From assembly GCA_024698285.1 (NCBI GenBank), contig JAILRJ010000044.1:7134-71133 (forward strand): DNA of 64,000 bases, given 5' to 3'. Positions 53,878-63,526 of the stretch are shown one piece after another. Every line of letters begins with the position of its first letter. Within the stretch, counting starts at the first letter, position 1. The position numbers were made by a program, and so were the translations under genes. The notes under the pieces are model-generated. The model saw only the letters and a list, made by a program, of their open reading frames with translations, ran no database searches and was not told where the DNA came from. The DNA comes from Lachnospiraceae bacterium (GTDB lineage Bacteria > Bacillota > Clostridia > Lachnospirales > Lachnospiraceae).

Positions 53878-55332
53878 TTAAAACTGAAAATATATAAACG
53901 GTGAATACGTTGTGTTGACTATGAATATGAAACTGATAACGAGAAGCATAAGAAGGCAGGCATGCCTTGCGATCCTCGGAACCTTTTTGTCGCTGTCGGT
54001 AAATTCGGCGATACGCGCACTTACAAATCTCGGTAATACCTGTGCCCACGGAACACATGCCAAGAGAGCTATTATCAGGAAGAACGCAAGTCTCGCATCA
54101 AGGAAAAATCCGAGTGAGAACGCATTATAATCGTGATGTTCAAGGTGGAACATTACCTTTATGTATGACAGCGCCTGCGCGATATCCTCGATCTTGAACA
54201 TGACCCATCCGATCGATACCGCGAGTATCGTGTAGCCCCATTTAAGTGCGGAAGATACAAATGCCGGAAGTGCAAACGGAAGCTTCTTTCCCTTAAGAGC
54301 ACGCTCGATCAGCATAAACAGTCCGTGCCACAGTCCCCATACGACAAATCCCCATGCGGCCCCGTGCCACAGTCCCGTGGCAAGGAAAACGATCAGAAGA
54401 TTGACGTACACGTTACCGCGTCTGTTACCTCCGAGCGGAATGTACAGGTAATCCCGAAACCAGCTTCCGAGCGTGATATGCCATCTTCTCCAGAACTCCG
54501 TTACGGATTTTGAAATATACGGATAATTGAAGTTCTCGGCAAATTCGAATCCGAACATCTTTCCGAGACCCACAGCCATATCGGTATATCCAGCAAAATC
54601 GAAATAGATCTGAAGCGTATAAAGAACCGCACCGAGCCATGCCACCTGTGTAGACATGCCCGACGTATCCATAGCAAATATCTTATCGCATACTTCACCG
54701 ATCGTATTGGCTATTATCGCCTTCTTCGCAAGACCGACTATGAACCGCTCGATACCCTTTACGAACTGGTCCGTCGTTGCCGACAGTTTTTCAAGAGAAT
54801 CCTTTACATCCGCAAATCTTATGATCGGTCCCTGAAGGAGCTGTGCAAACATGGTGATATAAAGCGCGAACTTAAGCGGGTCCTTTGTTGCGATCCTATT
54901 CGGACCTTCATCGGCACCCGCACGGTAAACATCAGTTATGTATGATATGCATTGGAATGTGTAGAAAGAAATTCCGAGAGGCAGGATGATCTTCGGGATC
55001 ACCGCATCCTTACCGAATATCCCGTTATATGTTTCCACAAAGAAACCCGTGTATTTGAACCAGATCAGGGAGCCGATATTGACGAGCACTCCGACCGCAA
55101 GAGCGATCTTCTGATGTGTCCTTGTACCGAGAGAGGATATAACGATACCCGCCGCAAAGTTAAACACTATCGATGCGATAAGATATATGAGATGCTTCGG
55201 TCCCCCGCATGCATAAAAGCCGAGGCTCGCAACAAGAAGCCATATACCTCTCGCCTTTTGCGGCAGTATATAATAGCCGAGCAGAGTCGCCGGCAGAAAC
55301 ATACAAAGGAATGTAACCGAACTAAATACCAT
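53878..55332 (-). CDS. MBOAT-family membrane O-acyltransferase (AlgI/DltB/PatA-like)
   Basis: 484 aa, polytopic. MVFSSVTFLCMFLPATLLGYY start and ...FWRRWHITLGSWFRDYLYIPLGGNR with the conserved MBOAT His. Confidence 0.9.
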   Translation of the reverse strand: MVFSSVTFLCMFLPATLLGYYILPQKARGIWLLVASLGFYACGGPKHLIYLIASIVFNFAAGIVISSLGTRTHQKIALAVGVLVNIGSLIWFKYTGFFVETYNGIFGKDAVIPKIILPLGISFYTFQCISYITDVYRAGADEGPNRIATKDPLKFALYITMFAQLLQGPIIRFADVKDSLEKLSATTDQFVKGIERFIVGLAKKAIIANTIGEVCDKIFAMDTSGMSTQVAWLGAVLYTLQIYFDFAGYTDMAVGLGKMFGFEFAENFNYPYISKSVTEFWRRWHITLGSWFRDYLYIPLGGNRRGNVYVNLLIVFLATGLWHGAAWGFVVWGLWHGLFMLIERALKGKKLPFALPAFVSSALKWGYTILAVSIGWVMFKIEDIAQALSYIKVMFHLEHHDYNAFSLGFFLDARLAFFLIIALLACVPWAQVLPRFVSARIAEFTDSDKKVPRIARHACLLMLLVISFIFIVNTTYSPFIYFQF

Positions 55333-56093
55333 TATCTGATCTTTTCCAATTCATTCTTGAGCTTCTCGGGAGACCATCTGGAAACGGTAACACCCGACTG
55401 CTTCTTGCCTCTACGCATGAGCTGAGCGACCTGCTTTAAGTATTCAACGGTCACCTTAGAGGACAGTTTCGATTCGCCTGCGGGACGAGCCTGGAACTTG
55501 TACGGTATCTCGACAACGCTCTTGTACGTACCCATAGCAAGCACTTCGACCATTATCTTCCACCCTATCGGCTGCAGGTCGGCGCCTTCTATCACCGCAC
55601 GTCTGAACATGAACAGTCCGCTCGTCGGATCGGTGATCTTGCGAAGCGAAGGCAGTGCGATCTTTCCGATGTAACGTGCGACTCCCGAAACGAGCTTTCT
55701 GTACGGCCCGAGTCCCCCGTCGCTTCCGCCCGGTATGAACCTTGAAGGCACACAGAAATCCGCTCCCGTCTCCATGACAGCATACATGCTCTTAAGAATT
55801 GCAGGCGGATGCTGAAGGTCCGCATCCATTACGGCTATATAGTCGCCGCTTGCAAGCGAAAATCCCTTAAGCACAGCTGTCGCAAGCCCTTTTTCCGTCT
55901 CGCGGTGTTCCATCCGGACGTTGTGATTTTCGCCCATAACTCTTTTGATCGCCTCAGGCGTATCATCCGTGGAATCGTCGATAAATATAACCTCGTACTC
56001 TATCCCGCGGAGTGCGTAATCTATCTGGTTAACGAGATTGCCGACGTTCTCGGACTCGTTATATGTCGGTACTACTATTGATATCCTGCCCAA
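55332..56093 (-). CDS. GT2 polyprenol-phosphate glycosyltransferase-like (DPM1/GtrB/ArnC-like catalytic domain, no TM segment)
   Basis: ISIVVPTYNESENVGNLVNQI...YEVIFIDDSTDDTPE...VMDADLQHPP. TTG start at 56093 is preceded by GGAGGA with a 7-nt spacer and directly follows the uvrB TAA. Confidence 0.8.
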   Translation of the reverse strand: MGRISIVVPTYNESENVGNLVNQIDYALRGIEYEVIFIDDSTDDTPEAIKRVMGENHNVRMEHRETEKGLATAVLKGFSLASGDYIAVMDADLQHPPAILKSMYAVMETGADFCVPSRFIPGGSDGGLGPYRKLVSGVARYIGKIALPSLRKITDPTSGLFMFRRAVIEGADLQPIGWKIMVEVLAMGTYKSVVEIPYKFQARPAGESKLSSKVTVEYLKQVAQLMRRGKKQSGVTVSRWSPEKLKNELEKIR

Positions 56094-58073
56094 TTACAGA
56101 TCCTCCAAATGCTTTTTGAGATCTATCATCTTGTCACGAAGAGTTGCCGCGGTTTCGAAATCGAGTTCCGCAGCGGCACGCCTCATGCCCTTTTCCACAC
56201 TTGCAATAAGCTTCTTAAGCTCCTTCTCGTCCATGGATTCTGGATCCTTGGCAAATCCCGCCTCCTCTTTGGCGATCTCCTTGTGAATACTGATAAGATC
56301 GCGGACCGCCTTCCTGATCGTAGTCGGAGTGATACCGTTCTCCTTGTTGTATTCATCCTGGATACGGCGTCTTCTCTCGGTCTCGTCTATCGCCGCCTTC
56401 ATCGAATCGGTCATCGTATCGGCGTACATGATTATGCGTCCGTCGCTGTTTCTGGCGGCTCTTCCGATAGTCTGTATGAGCGACGTACGGGATCTTAAGA
56501 ACCCTTCCTTGTCCGCATCCAGCACCGCAACAAGTCCTATCTCGGGTATATCGAGGCCCTCACGAAGCAGATTGATACCGACAAGCACATCAAACACGTC
56601 AAGTCTCATGTCGCGTATGATCTTGGCACGCTCAAACGTGTCTATATCAGAATGAAGATAACGTACACGTATTCCGACATCCTTCATGTATGCCGTAAGA
56701 TCCTCGGCCATCTTCTTGGTGAGCGTTGTGACAAGTACTTTGTTGCCCGCTTTGACCTCTTTGCGGATCTCGCCGATAAGATCGTCTATCTGCCCCTTCG
56801 TGGGCTTGACCGTAACTTCCGGATCGAGAAGACCCGTCGGCCGGATGATCTGTTCGGCTCTGTCGAGTTCGTGCTCTTCCTCGTACGGTCCGGGGGTTGC
56901 CGACACGAACATCATCTGGTCTATTTTACCTTCAAACTCGCCAAAGTTCAAGGGACGGTTGTCCTTCGCGGAAGGCAGTCTGAAGCCGTAATCCACAAGC
57001 GATGTCTTCCTCGCACGGTCGCCGTTATACATCGCTCCGAGCTGAGGAATCGTCATATGAGATTCATCGACGATGATAAGGTAATCATCGCCGAAATAGT
57101 CCATCAGGGTATAAGGCGGATCGCCCGCTTTGGCGCCGGTCAGATGCCTTGAATAGTTCTCGATTCCCGAGCAGAATCCGGTCTCCTGAAGCATCTCTAT
57201 ATCAAATCTCGTTCTCTCGCTTATACGCTGCGCCTCGATCAGCTTATCCTCGCTCTTAAAGAATCTCACCTGTTCGGCAAGTTCCTCTTCGATCGTAGAC
57301 ACCGCCCGTGCAAGCTTGTCCTTCGGGATGACGTAATGGGAAGCCGGGAATATCGCAAAGTGGTTAAGCGTTGAGTGGACCTTACCTGTCAGGGGATCGA
57401 ACTCGGATATCCTGTCGATCTCATCGCCGAAGAATTCCACCCTGATCCCGTACTCACTCTCCCATGCGGGAAAGACTTCCACGGTATCGCCCATAACACG
57501 GAAGCGCCCGCGGGCAAAATCGATCTGGTTGCGCTCGTAACTTATCTCGATAAGTTCACGGACAACATCGTCCCTGTCCTTTTGCATACCGGGACGGAGC
57601 GAAACGCACATGTTCTGATAATCGGAAGGAGATCCTATGCCGTATATGCATGAAACCGACGCAACGACAATGACATCTCGTCTTTCCGACAGCGATGTCG
57701 TCGCGGAGAGTCTGAGCTTATCGATCTCGTCGTTTATCGACGAATCCTTCTCGATATACGTATCAGACGACGGTATATATGCCTCGGGCTGGTAATAGTC
57801 GTAATAGGATACAAAATACTCCACCGCGTTTTCGGGGAAGAATTCTTTCATCTCCGAATACAACTGCCCGGCGAGTGTTTTGTTGTGGCTGACGATCAGC
57901 GTAGGCTTATTAAGCGCCGCAATGACATTGGCCATCGTAAATGTCTTACCTGACCCCGTTACGCCAAGAAGAGTTTCAAACTGGTTACCCTGTCTGAAAC
58001 CCTCAACAAGCTTTGCTATGGCCTGCGGCTGGTCGCCGGTAGGCTGATATTCCGAGTGAAGCTTAAATTCCAT
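56094..58073 (-). CDS. uvrB: Excinuclease ABC subunit B
   Basis: [25 protein letters not shown]...[17 protein letters not shown]..., and a C-terminal UVR domain ([21 protein letters not shown]). Confidence 0.98.
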   Translation of the reverse strand: MEFKLHSEYQPTGDQPQAIAKLVEGFRQGNQFETLLGVTGSGKTFTMANVIAALNKPTLIVSHNKTLAGQLYSEMKEFFPENAVEYFVSYYDYYQPEAYIPSSDTYIEKDSSINDEIDKLRLSATTSLSERRDVIVVASVSCIYGIGSPSDYQNMCVSLRPGMQKDRDDVVRELIEISYERNQIDFARGRFRVMGDTVEVFPAWESEYGIRVEFFGDEIDRISEFDPLTGKVHSTLNHFAIFPASHYVIPKDKLARAVSTIEEELAEQVRFFKSEDKLIEAQRISERTRFDIEMLQETGFCSGIENYSRHLTGAKAGDPPYTLMDYFGDDYLIIVDESHMTIPQLGAMYNGDRARKTSLVDYGFRLPSAKDNRPLNFGEFEGKIDQMMFVSATPGPYEEEHELDRAEQIIRPTGLLDPEVTVKPTKGQIDDLIGEIRKEVKAGNKVLVTTLTKKMAEDLTAYMKDVGIRVRYLHSDIDTFERAKIIRDMRLDVFDVLVGINLLREGLDIPEIGLVAVLDADKEGFLRSRTSLIQTIGRAARNSDGRIIMYADTMTDSMKAAIDETERRRRIQDEYNKENGITPTTIRKAVRDLISIHKEIAKEEAGFAKDPESMDEKELKKLIASVEKGMRRAAAELDFETAATLRDKMIDLKKHLEDL

Positions 58074-58095
58074 TATGTGTCAGATCCTCCTAAGA

Positions 58096-59280
58096 TCATC
58101 GTTTAAAGCGAAACAGTCCGGGCATTTTCCAGATCCTGCTGCCCCGCACGAAAGCAGCAACCATAATACCAAAGAAGACTGCTATATAGAACGGGAAAGA
58201 TCCCATTCCGAGCGCCTGTCCCAAAATACCGCAGATAATGGGACCCGTCACTATAGCCAGACTGGCGAATGCCATCTGGGTTCCGATTATCGCAAGAGAA
58301 CGGCTCTTGCCGAAGTTCTCGGGAGCAAGATAGTTGAAGTTCGGGAACATCGGTCCGTTTCCGAGTCCGATCATCATGAGGGCAATGATCGTGACCGTGT
58401 TGTTTGGGATAAATATCAGCATAAGGATAGCCGTCCCAAGCGTTATCAGACCGAGCTTAACAATCTGCCAGCTGTGAAGTTTCCTGGTCAGGAATCCCGA
58501 TATAAGTCTTCCGAGAGTCATGCCCAGATAGTAGAACGTCACGGAACCCGCGGCAAGTTCGTTGCTTACATGCCTGTGTTCAACAAGAAACGTACTGCTC
58601 CAGTTTCCGACCGAAGATTCGATGACGCATGACGTTACAAACAGAAGCCACATGACCTTGACACCTTTGATAGAAGCCGCTTCCCTTATGGACAGCGTCT
58701 CATATTTCTCTTCCTCTTGTGCATCCGTTTTGTGAACTTTTTTCCATATCGGAAGGGTGACAATCAGTAATAACGCGAGCCCCATCTGTATGAAAGAGGC
58801 GATCCTGTAACCGGTCCTCCAATCCATTCCGTTTCCGAACACAAGCGTCATTATAAAAGGACTGACCGTAACGCCGATCCCGTAGAAGCAGTGCAGAAAA
58901 CTCATCTGTGATGCGCTGTAATGCAAAGCAACATAGTTATTGAGCGCCGTATCTATCGATCCCGCTCCGAGTCCGAGAGGTACTGCCAGAACACATAAAT
59001 ATATAAAGCTTCCCGACATACTGAATCCGAACAACGATAAGGCCGTGATCAGCGTGCATATGGCAGTCAGCTTATTCGTCCCGAGCAGTTTTATGAGCCT
59101 TGCGCTCATAAGACTTGAAATCACCGTCATTCCGGAACAAATGCCCGTGACTATTCCGCCCGTCGATAAAGGCAGGCCGAATTCGGTATAGATCGAGGGC
59201 CACGAGGCTCCGAAAAGGGAGTCCGGAAGTCCGAGTCCGATAAAAGCCAGATATATAACCGTTATCAGTAGGGTTGCCAT
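58096..59280 (-). CDS. MFS transporter
   Basis: 394 aa with about 12 TM helices and the N-terminus MATLLITVIYLAFIGLGLPDSLFGASWPS. Substrate unknown. Confidence 0.8.
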   Translation of the reverse strand: MATLLITVIYLAFIGLGLPDSLFGASWPSIYTEFGLPLSTGGIVTGICSGMTVISSLMSARLIKLLGTNKLTAICTLITALSLFGFSMSGSFIYLCVLAVPLGLGAGSIDTALNNYVALHYSASQMSFLHCFYGIGVTVSPFIMTLVFGNGMDWRTGYRIASFIQMGLALLLIVTLPIWKKVHKTDAQEEEKYETLSIREAASIKGVKVMWLLFVTSCVIESSVGNWSSTFLVEHRHVSNELAAGSVTFYYLGMTLGRLISGFLTRKLHSWQIVKLGLITLGTAILMLIFIPNNTVTIIALMMIGLGNGPMFPNFNYLAPENFGKSRSLAIIGTQMAFASLAIVTGPIICGILGQALGMGSFPFYIAVFFGIMVAAFVRGSRIWKMPGLFRFKR

Positions 59281-61574
59281 ATTTTAGACATCCTCCGTCT
59301 GTATTCTTTTCGCATTGAATCTCTCAACGTTCTTGTATCCGTTCCCTCGCGACCGGTGACCTGATCTTCGGAATCGGAAGTGCCCTTTTTCCGGTATTTG
59401 ATCCTGTAATAAATGTCAAATGCCGCGCGCACCTCTTTCGCGTATTTTTCAGGAATATACGGTACGTAGTCGGACAGTACACCCCTGTCCTCAATATCCG
59501 CACCCGCTGCGGATCTTATCATACTCCTTATGTCATCAACATCCATTATAAGTTTTTCGTTTGCATCGGCTCTTCTGTACTTTACTGCCTTATAAGCAAA
59601 CATTCCCGTGATCATCAGGACCGCCGTCAATATTACTGCTGCGACTATGACAAGAACCGCGCGAAGGACTCTCATAAGAGAATTCATATTGCCCTGTATT
59701 TGTCTCTCCGGCTCTGATCCTTCCGAAACAGATGACGGAATATTGTCGGGTATATAAGGGGCCGCCGCCTTCTGACCTGATTTTCCCGATGAACTGTAAA
59801 CAGGCTCTCTGTGCCATGTTCTCTCCTGTGCGGTCGACATACCTGAAGTCGGTTCAAAACCTATCCATCCGAATCCGGAAATATATGCTTCGGGCCAGAC
59901 ATGAGCTTCGCTTGCACGAACCTCGTATTCCTCCTGCCCGTCAAAAGGAAACGTGTATCTGTATCCTCCGTCAAGTCTCGCGGGTATTCCCGAAAGGCGA
60001 AGGAGCATCACCATCGATGACGCAAAATGTACACAGTACCCCTGTCCGGACTCAAACATAAATCTATCCGCAATCCTGCTCATTCCTTCGGCACTGCCGG
60101 TACTTCCTCCTCCGTTCGTTCCGGTATCCGTACGGTATTTATATTGACGCAGATAGTATTCTATCGCCCTGCATTTATCGTAATCGTCGGAATATTCCCC
60201 GGTTATATTTGAAGCGAGTTCCTTCATCCTGTCGGTTGCGCCGCCCGTATCAAGATACTCTTCGAGTGATTCATCCGAATCCTGCCATGCGGCGTATTCG
60301 TCTTCACCGACCGTCCCCGCAAGTCTTACCGCGAACACATTATATGCATACTCGGACATTTCCGCAAAGCTTACGGACTTCTTAGATATCTGTCCGGGTG
60401 ATGATACGATCAGTTCCTCAAGATAAGGGCTTCCATAGTCTATGTCAAGATAATCCGATACTATGCGATACCCTTTTTTATGATACTCTCCGGGATTTCC
60501 GGAAAGAGGATTGCCCTTTTCATCGGTAATCTTTATCGGACACGACGGAAGTATCTCATCTTCCGTTTTCAGATACGCATATCTGATATCAAGATTCGCT
60601 TTTCTCGCAAAAAGGTCAGCCCGGTCATGATCCACTTTCCGCGAATGCATTGCGAAGAGAAAATCGAGAAGCCGGCTGTGATCCGGCATCTTTTCGCCGG
60701 CAAGATAAATTGTCCGGCGTCTCATAACATTCTGTCCGCTTCCCTCGGACCTGTAAGTAAACGTCGTGCTGTCCGGTGTCTTAATTTCGAGCTCTGTCCG
60801 CTCCGACGAACGTATTGAGTCCCCGTTCTGATCAAACGAACTGTATCCGGTGCTGTATGCGGAAAGAGCAAACATATCCGAAAAACGGTAGGATATCGAC
60901 CACCCTATCTCCTTTGTCTTCTCCACGGCTCTTTTCCCGGCATTTATGAGCGGTTTCCAGTTTATCGGTTCGCTCCTTGACGGGATAATAAGAAGACATA
61001 CCATGAGCACTATGAAAAAGGCAAACGGATAACGGCTTTCTTCCCTATACCCGATCAGTCCGGCAAGATGCGACAGCACAAGGACAAACAATGCAGCATA
61101 CACAACTTTCCACGTAAACGCGGGATCTTCCAACGAACCTCTTGCATAGATCCAGGCAAAGATCATGACAGCCGATGAAGCCGCACAAAGAATCGCTTCC
61201 GGATGAAGTCTTTTAGGACACAGTCTTATTATTGCCCAAAGCATATAAACATATAACGCGATATTACCGTCCCAAAGGATGAACGACATAAGTATCGCAA
61301 GAGACAAAACGGCAAAAACAGCAAGTCTCTCCCCGGCAAACATACGGAAAACGCAGAGGATCAGTGAATAGCATAAGGAAAATGCGGCCGCACTCCATAT
61401 GACGGTTCGCACCGAAACGGATTCCGGATCATACCCTGACATGATATATACCGCAACAACTGCGGCACACGATACGAGTACGGTCAGTGCCGTCCCGATG
61501 TCATCCGGCAATGACGCAAAAATCTTCGCCGGGCCATCTGTCTTCGCTGACGACAACAGTTGTTTCATCCCCAT
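59265..61574 (-). CDS. Transglutaminase-like membrane protein (TgpA-like, with DUF4129-like cytoplasmic tail)
   Basis: 769 aa with N-terminal TM helices. The core reads GQGYCVHFASSMVMLLRLSGIPAR...EAHVWPEAYISGFGWIGFEPT (Cys, His, acidic residue). A late TM is followed by a charged tail. SD GGAGGA precedes ATG 61574. Confidence 0.85.
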   Translation of the reverse strand: MGMKQLLSSAKTDGPAKIFASLPDDIGTALTVLVSCAAVVAVYIMSGYDPESVSVRTVIWSAAAFSLCYSLILCVFRMFAGERLAVFAVLSLAILMSFILWDGNIALYVYMLWAIIRLCPKRLHPEAILCAASSAVMIFAWIYARGSLEDPAFTWKVVYAALFVLVLSHLAGLIGYREESRYPFAFFIVLMVCLLIIPSRSEPINWKPLINAGKRAVEKTKEIGWSISYRFSDMFALSAYSTGYSSFDQNGDSIRSSERTELEIKTPDSTTFTYRSEGSGQNVMRRRTIYLAGEKMPDHSRLLDFLFAMHSRKVDHDRADLFARKANLDIRYAYLKTEDEILPSCPIKITDEKGNPLSGNPGEYHKKGYRIVSDYLDIDYGSPYLEELIVSSPGQISKKSVSFAEMSEYAYNVFAVRLAGTVGEDEYAAWQDSDESLEEYLDTGGATDRMKELASNITGEYSDDYDKCRAIEYYLRQYKYRTDTGTNGGGSTGSAEGMSRIADRFMFESGQGYCVHFASSMVMLLRLSGIPARLDGGYRYTFPFDGQEEYEVRASEAHVWPEAYISGFGWIGFEPTSGMSTAQERTWHREPVYSSSGKSGQKAAAPYIPDNIPSSVSEGSEPERQIQGNMNSLMRVLRAVLVIVAAVILTAVLMITGMFAYKAVKYRRADANEKLIMDVDDIRSMIRSAAGADIEDRGVLSDYVPYIPEKYAKEVRAAFDIYYRIKYRKKGTSDSEDQVTGREGTDTRTLRDSMRKEYRRRMSKIWQPY

Positions 61575-62571
61575 ATCCGCTCATCCTCCTTTCCTCGGAT
61601 AGTCTGTGCATCCTGTCTTTCTCATCCTCGGAACGGTAGATCATACCTTGAGATACGTCTTCGTAAAATCCTCTGAAGCTGTCGTAGGAACCTACATGTC
61701 TCTCGGTTATCTTACCGGACGGATATATGATGAGAACCGGCATGTTGCGTTTTGCAAAATACCATGCCGCGGAGACCGCAAATTCCAGAAAAGCATCTCT
61801 GCGCCGCAGATACTCCGTATCCCAGTCTCGATCCGTAATATATGATGCTTCCAGAACCATTGTCACTGTTCTCGTATCCTGCTTATCCGGCACTCTGACC
61901 ATGAGTTTGTCCAGTTTTGCGGAAACTTTCCAGTTTATGCTTCGAGGTGCATCGCCGGGCACGTAGTTGCGCATGTCATTTCCGGGTATCATCTCGATCT
62001 TCATGTCGCTCTTTATCCCGACCGAATTGATCGTGTTTTCTATATCCAGATATCCGTTCGCCGCATCGGTTATGTTGGGCGATACTATGGCCCTGAAGTG
62101 ATACGGAACGTCAAACTCGACGGTCATTATCGAAAAGGCATCGGACAGGCCTATACTCCTGACTCCGATATAATAAGCTCCTCCAAAAAGGCAGGATGCC
62201 TTTGCGTGAAGAGTGATCTTACTTCGCGGACCCACCGAAACCCTCTGTCCGTCTGCGATCCCTTCATGATCACATCTGTCTGAATACAACGTGAGTATCA
62301 TATTGTGTATCGGGAGAAATAGGGAATTGTCAAACGTCACGGTCATATCGTGAGAATCGCCTTTTACCACGCGATGCGAATCAAGTTCCTGATATACCGA
62401 CAAAAAGCGATAGCTTAGTACTATACACACAAACGAAACCGGAAGCAGCAGCACGAAACCGCCAAGAAGAATAAAAGGAAGCAGGCCTCCGTAGAAGCTT
62501 GCAAAGACTGTACATAATGCGAGTATAAGGAAATATACGATCAAGTCCTTTTTATCAAAGCAGATATGCAT
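61501..62571 (-). CDS. DUF58 domain protein (vWA-like, MoxR partner)
   Basis: Two N-terminal TM helices. MRNYVPGDAPRSINWKVSAKLDKLMVR matches the R-x-Y-x-x-GD-x-x-R-x-I-x-W-K-x-SA-(K/R) DUF58 block. Confidence 0.85.
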   Translation of the reverse strand: MHICFDKKDLIVYFLILALCTVFASFYGGLLPFILLGGFVLLLPVSFVCIVLSYRFLSVYQELDSHRVVKGDSHDMTVTFDNSLFLPIHNMILTLYSDRCDHEGIADGQRVSVGPRSKITLHAKASCLFGGAYYIGVRSIGLSDAFSIMTVEFDVPYHFRAIVSPNITDAANGYLDIENTINSVGIKSDMKIEMIPGNDMRNYVPGDAPRSINWKVSAKLDKLMVRVPDKQDTRTVTMVLEASYITDRDWDTEYLRRRDAFLEFAVSAAWYFAKRNMPVLIIYPSGKITERHVGSYDSFRGFYEDVSQGMIYRSEDEKDRMHRLSEERRMSGYGDETTVVVSEDRWPGEDFCVIAG

Positions 62572-62583
62572 TGACGGTCCTCA

Positions 62584-63525
62584 TCATGAAGGAACTTTAA
62601 CATGATCTGTGATACGGCGGATCACCTGCTCCTGTGACGTACGGTTCATACGTGCCTGCGCCGTCAGCACAAGCCTGTGAGGAAGCGTAAGTGTAGCCGC
62701 ATTTATTATATCCTCCGGGATACAGTAATCCCTTCCGGAAAGGGTCGCATATGACTGCGCACATCGCAGCAGGGCAAGAAGTGCTCTCGGGGAGGCACCG
62801 CATGAAATGTCAGCATCCGATCTCGTTGCCTCGACTATCATAACGGCATGATCTATCAGCTTGTCGTTGACCGTTACCTTTTTGACAACACTCCTCATTT
62901 CCATAACATCCGGACCAGTAAGTACGGCCGCGGTCGCTTCATGAAGAGTTCCTTCAAGAAAACCCGATGCCATGTTTACGGCATCCTCCTTTTTCGGATA
63001 ACCGATCGAAAGCTTCATCATGAACCTGTCAAGCTGGGCTTCCGGCAACGGATAGCAACCCGCGGTCTCCATCGGATTCTGCGTTCCGATCACCATAAAA
63101 GGATCCGGAAGCGGCATGTTCTTTCCGTCTATCGTGACGCTCTGCTCCTCCATTGCCTCAAGCAGCGCCGACTGTGTCTTGGGTGATGTTCTGTTAAGCT
63201 CATCGGCAAGCACGATGTTGTTCATCACCGGTCCCGGGACAACTTCAAATTCACCGGTCTTGGAATTGTAGACCGACACTCCGGTAATATCTCCGGGCAT
63301 CGTATCGGGAGTACACTGGATACGCGCAAACGAGAGAGAAAGGGAATCGGCGAGCGCCCTTGCAAGCGATGTCTTTCCGACTCCGGGAACGTCCTCAACG
63401 AGAACATGACCGCCGGCCAGAAGCGCTATTATGAGCCTGTCGATCATCCCGCTCTTTCCGACTATCCTTTTTTCTATATTGGATCTTAAGAGTCCGATCT
63501 TTTCGGAAGCAGTCTTTGTATCCAT
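62584..63525 (-). CDS. MoxR-family AAA+ ATPase
   Basis: I prefer ATG 63525 (MDTKTASEKI), one nt after the upstream TAA. GHVLVEDVPGVGKTSLARALA is the Walker A, LADELNRTSPKTQSALLEAMEE is Walker B/sensor, and FMVIGTQNP follows. Confidence 0.9.
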   Translation of the reverse strand: MDTKTASEKIGLLRSNIEKRIVGKSGMIDRLIIALLAGGHVLVEDVPGVGKTSLARALADSLSLSFARIQCTPDTMPGDITGVSVYNSKTGEFEVVPGPVMNNIVLADELNRTSPKTQSALLEAMEEQSVTIDGKNMPLPDPFMVIGTQNPMETAGCYPLPEAQLDRFMMKLSIGYPKKEDAVNMASGFLEGTLHEATAAVLTGPDVMEMRSVVKKVTVNDKLIDHAVMIVEATRSDADISCGASPRALLALLRCAQSYATLSGRDYCIPEDIINAATLTLPHRLVLTAQARMNRTSQEQVIRRITDHVKVPS

Positions 63526-63526
63526 C

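Noticed and set aside
58341-58358. LexA/DinR (Cheo) box-like sequence GGAACATCGGTCCG upstream of uvrB
   Set aside because: It has two mismatches to CGAAC-N4-GTTCG, including one in the conserved GTTC half-site. It lies ~270 nt upstream of uvrB inside the MFS coding sequence. It is likely chance, and only a PWM scan or LexA binding data could revive it.
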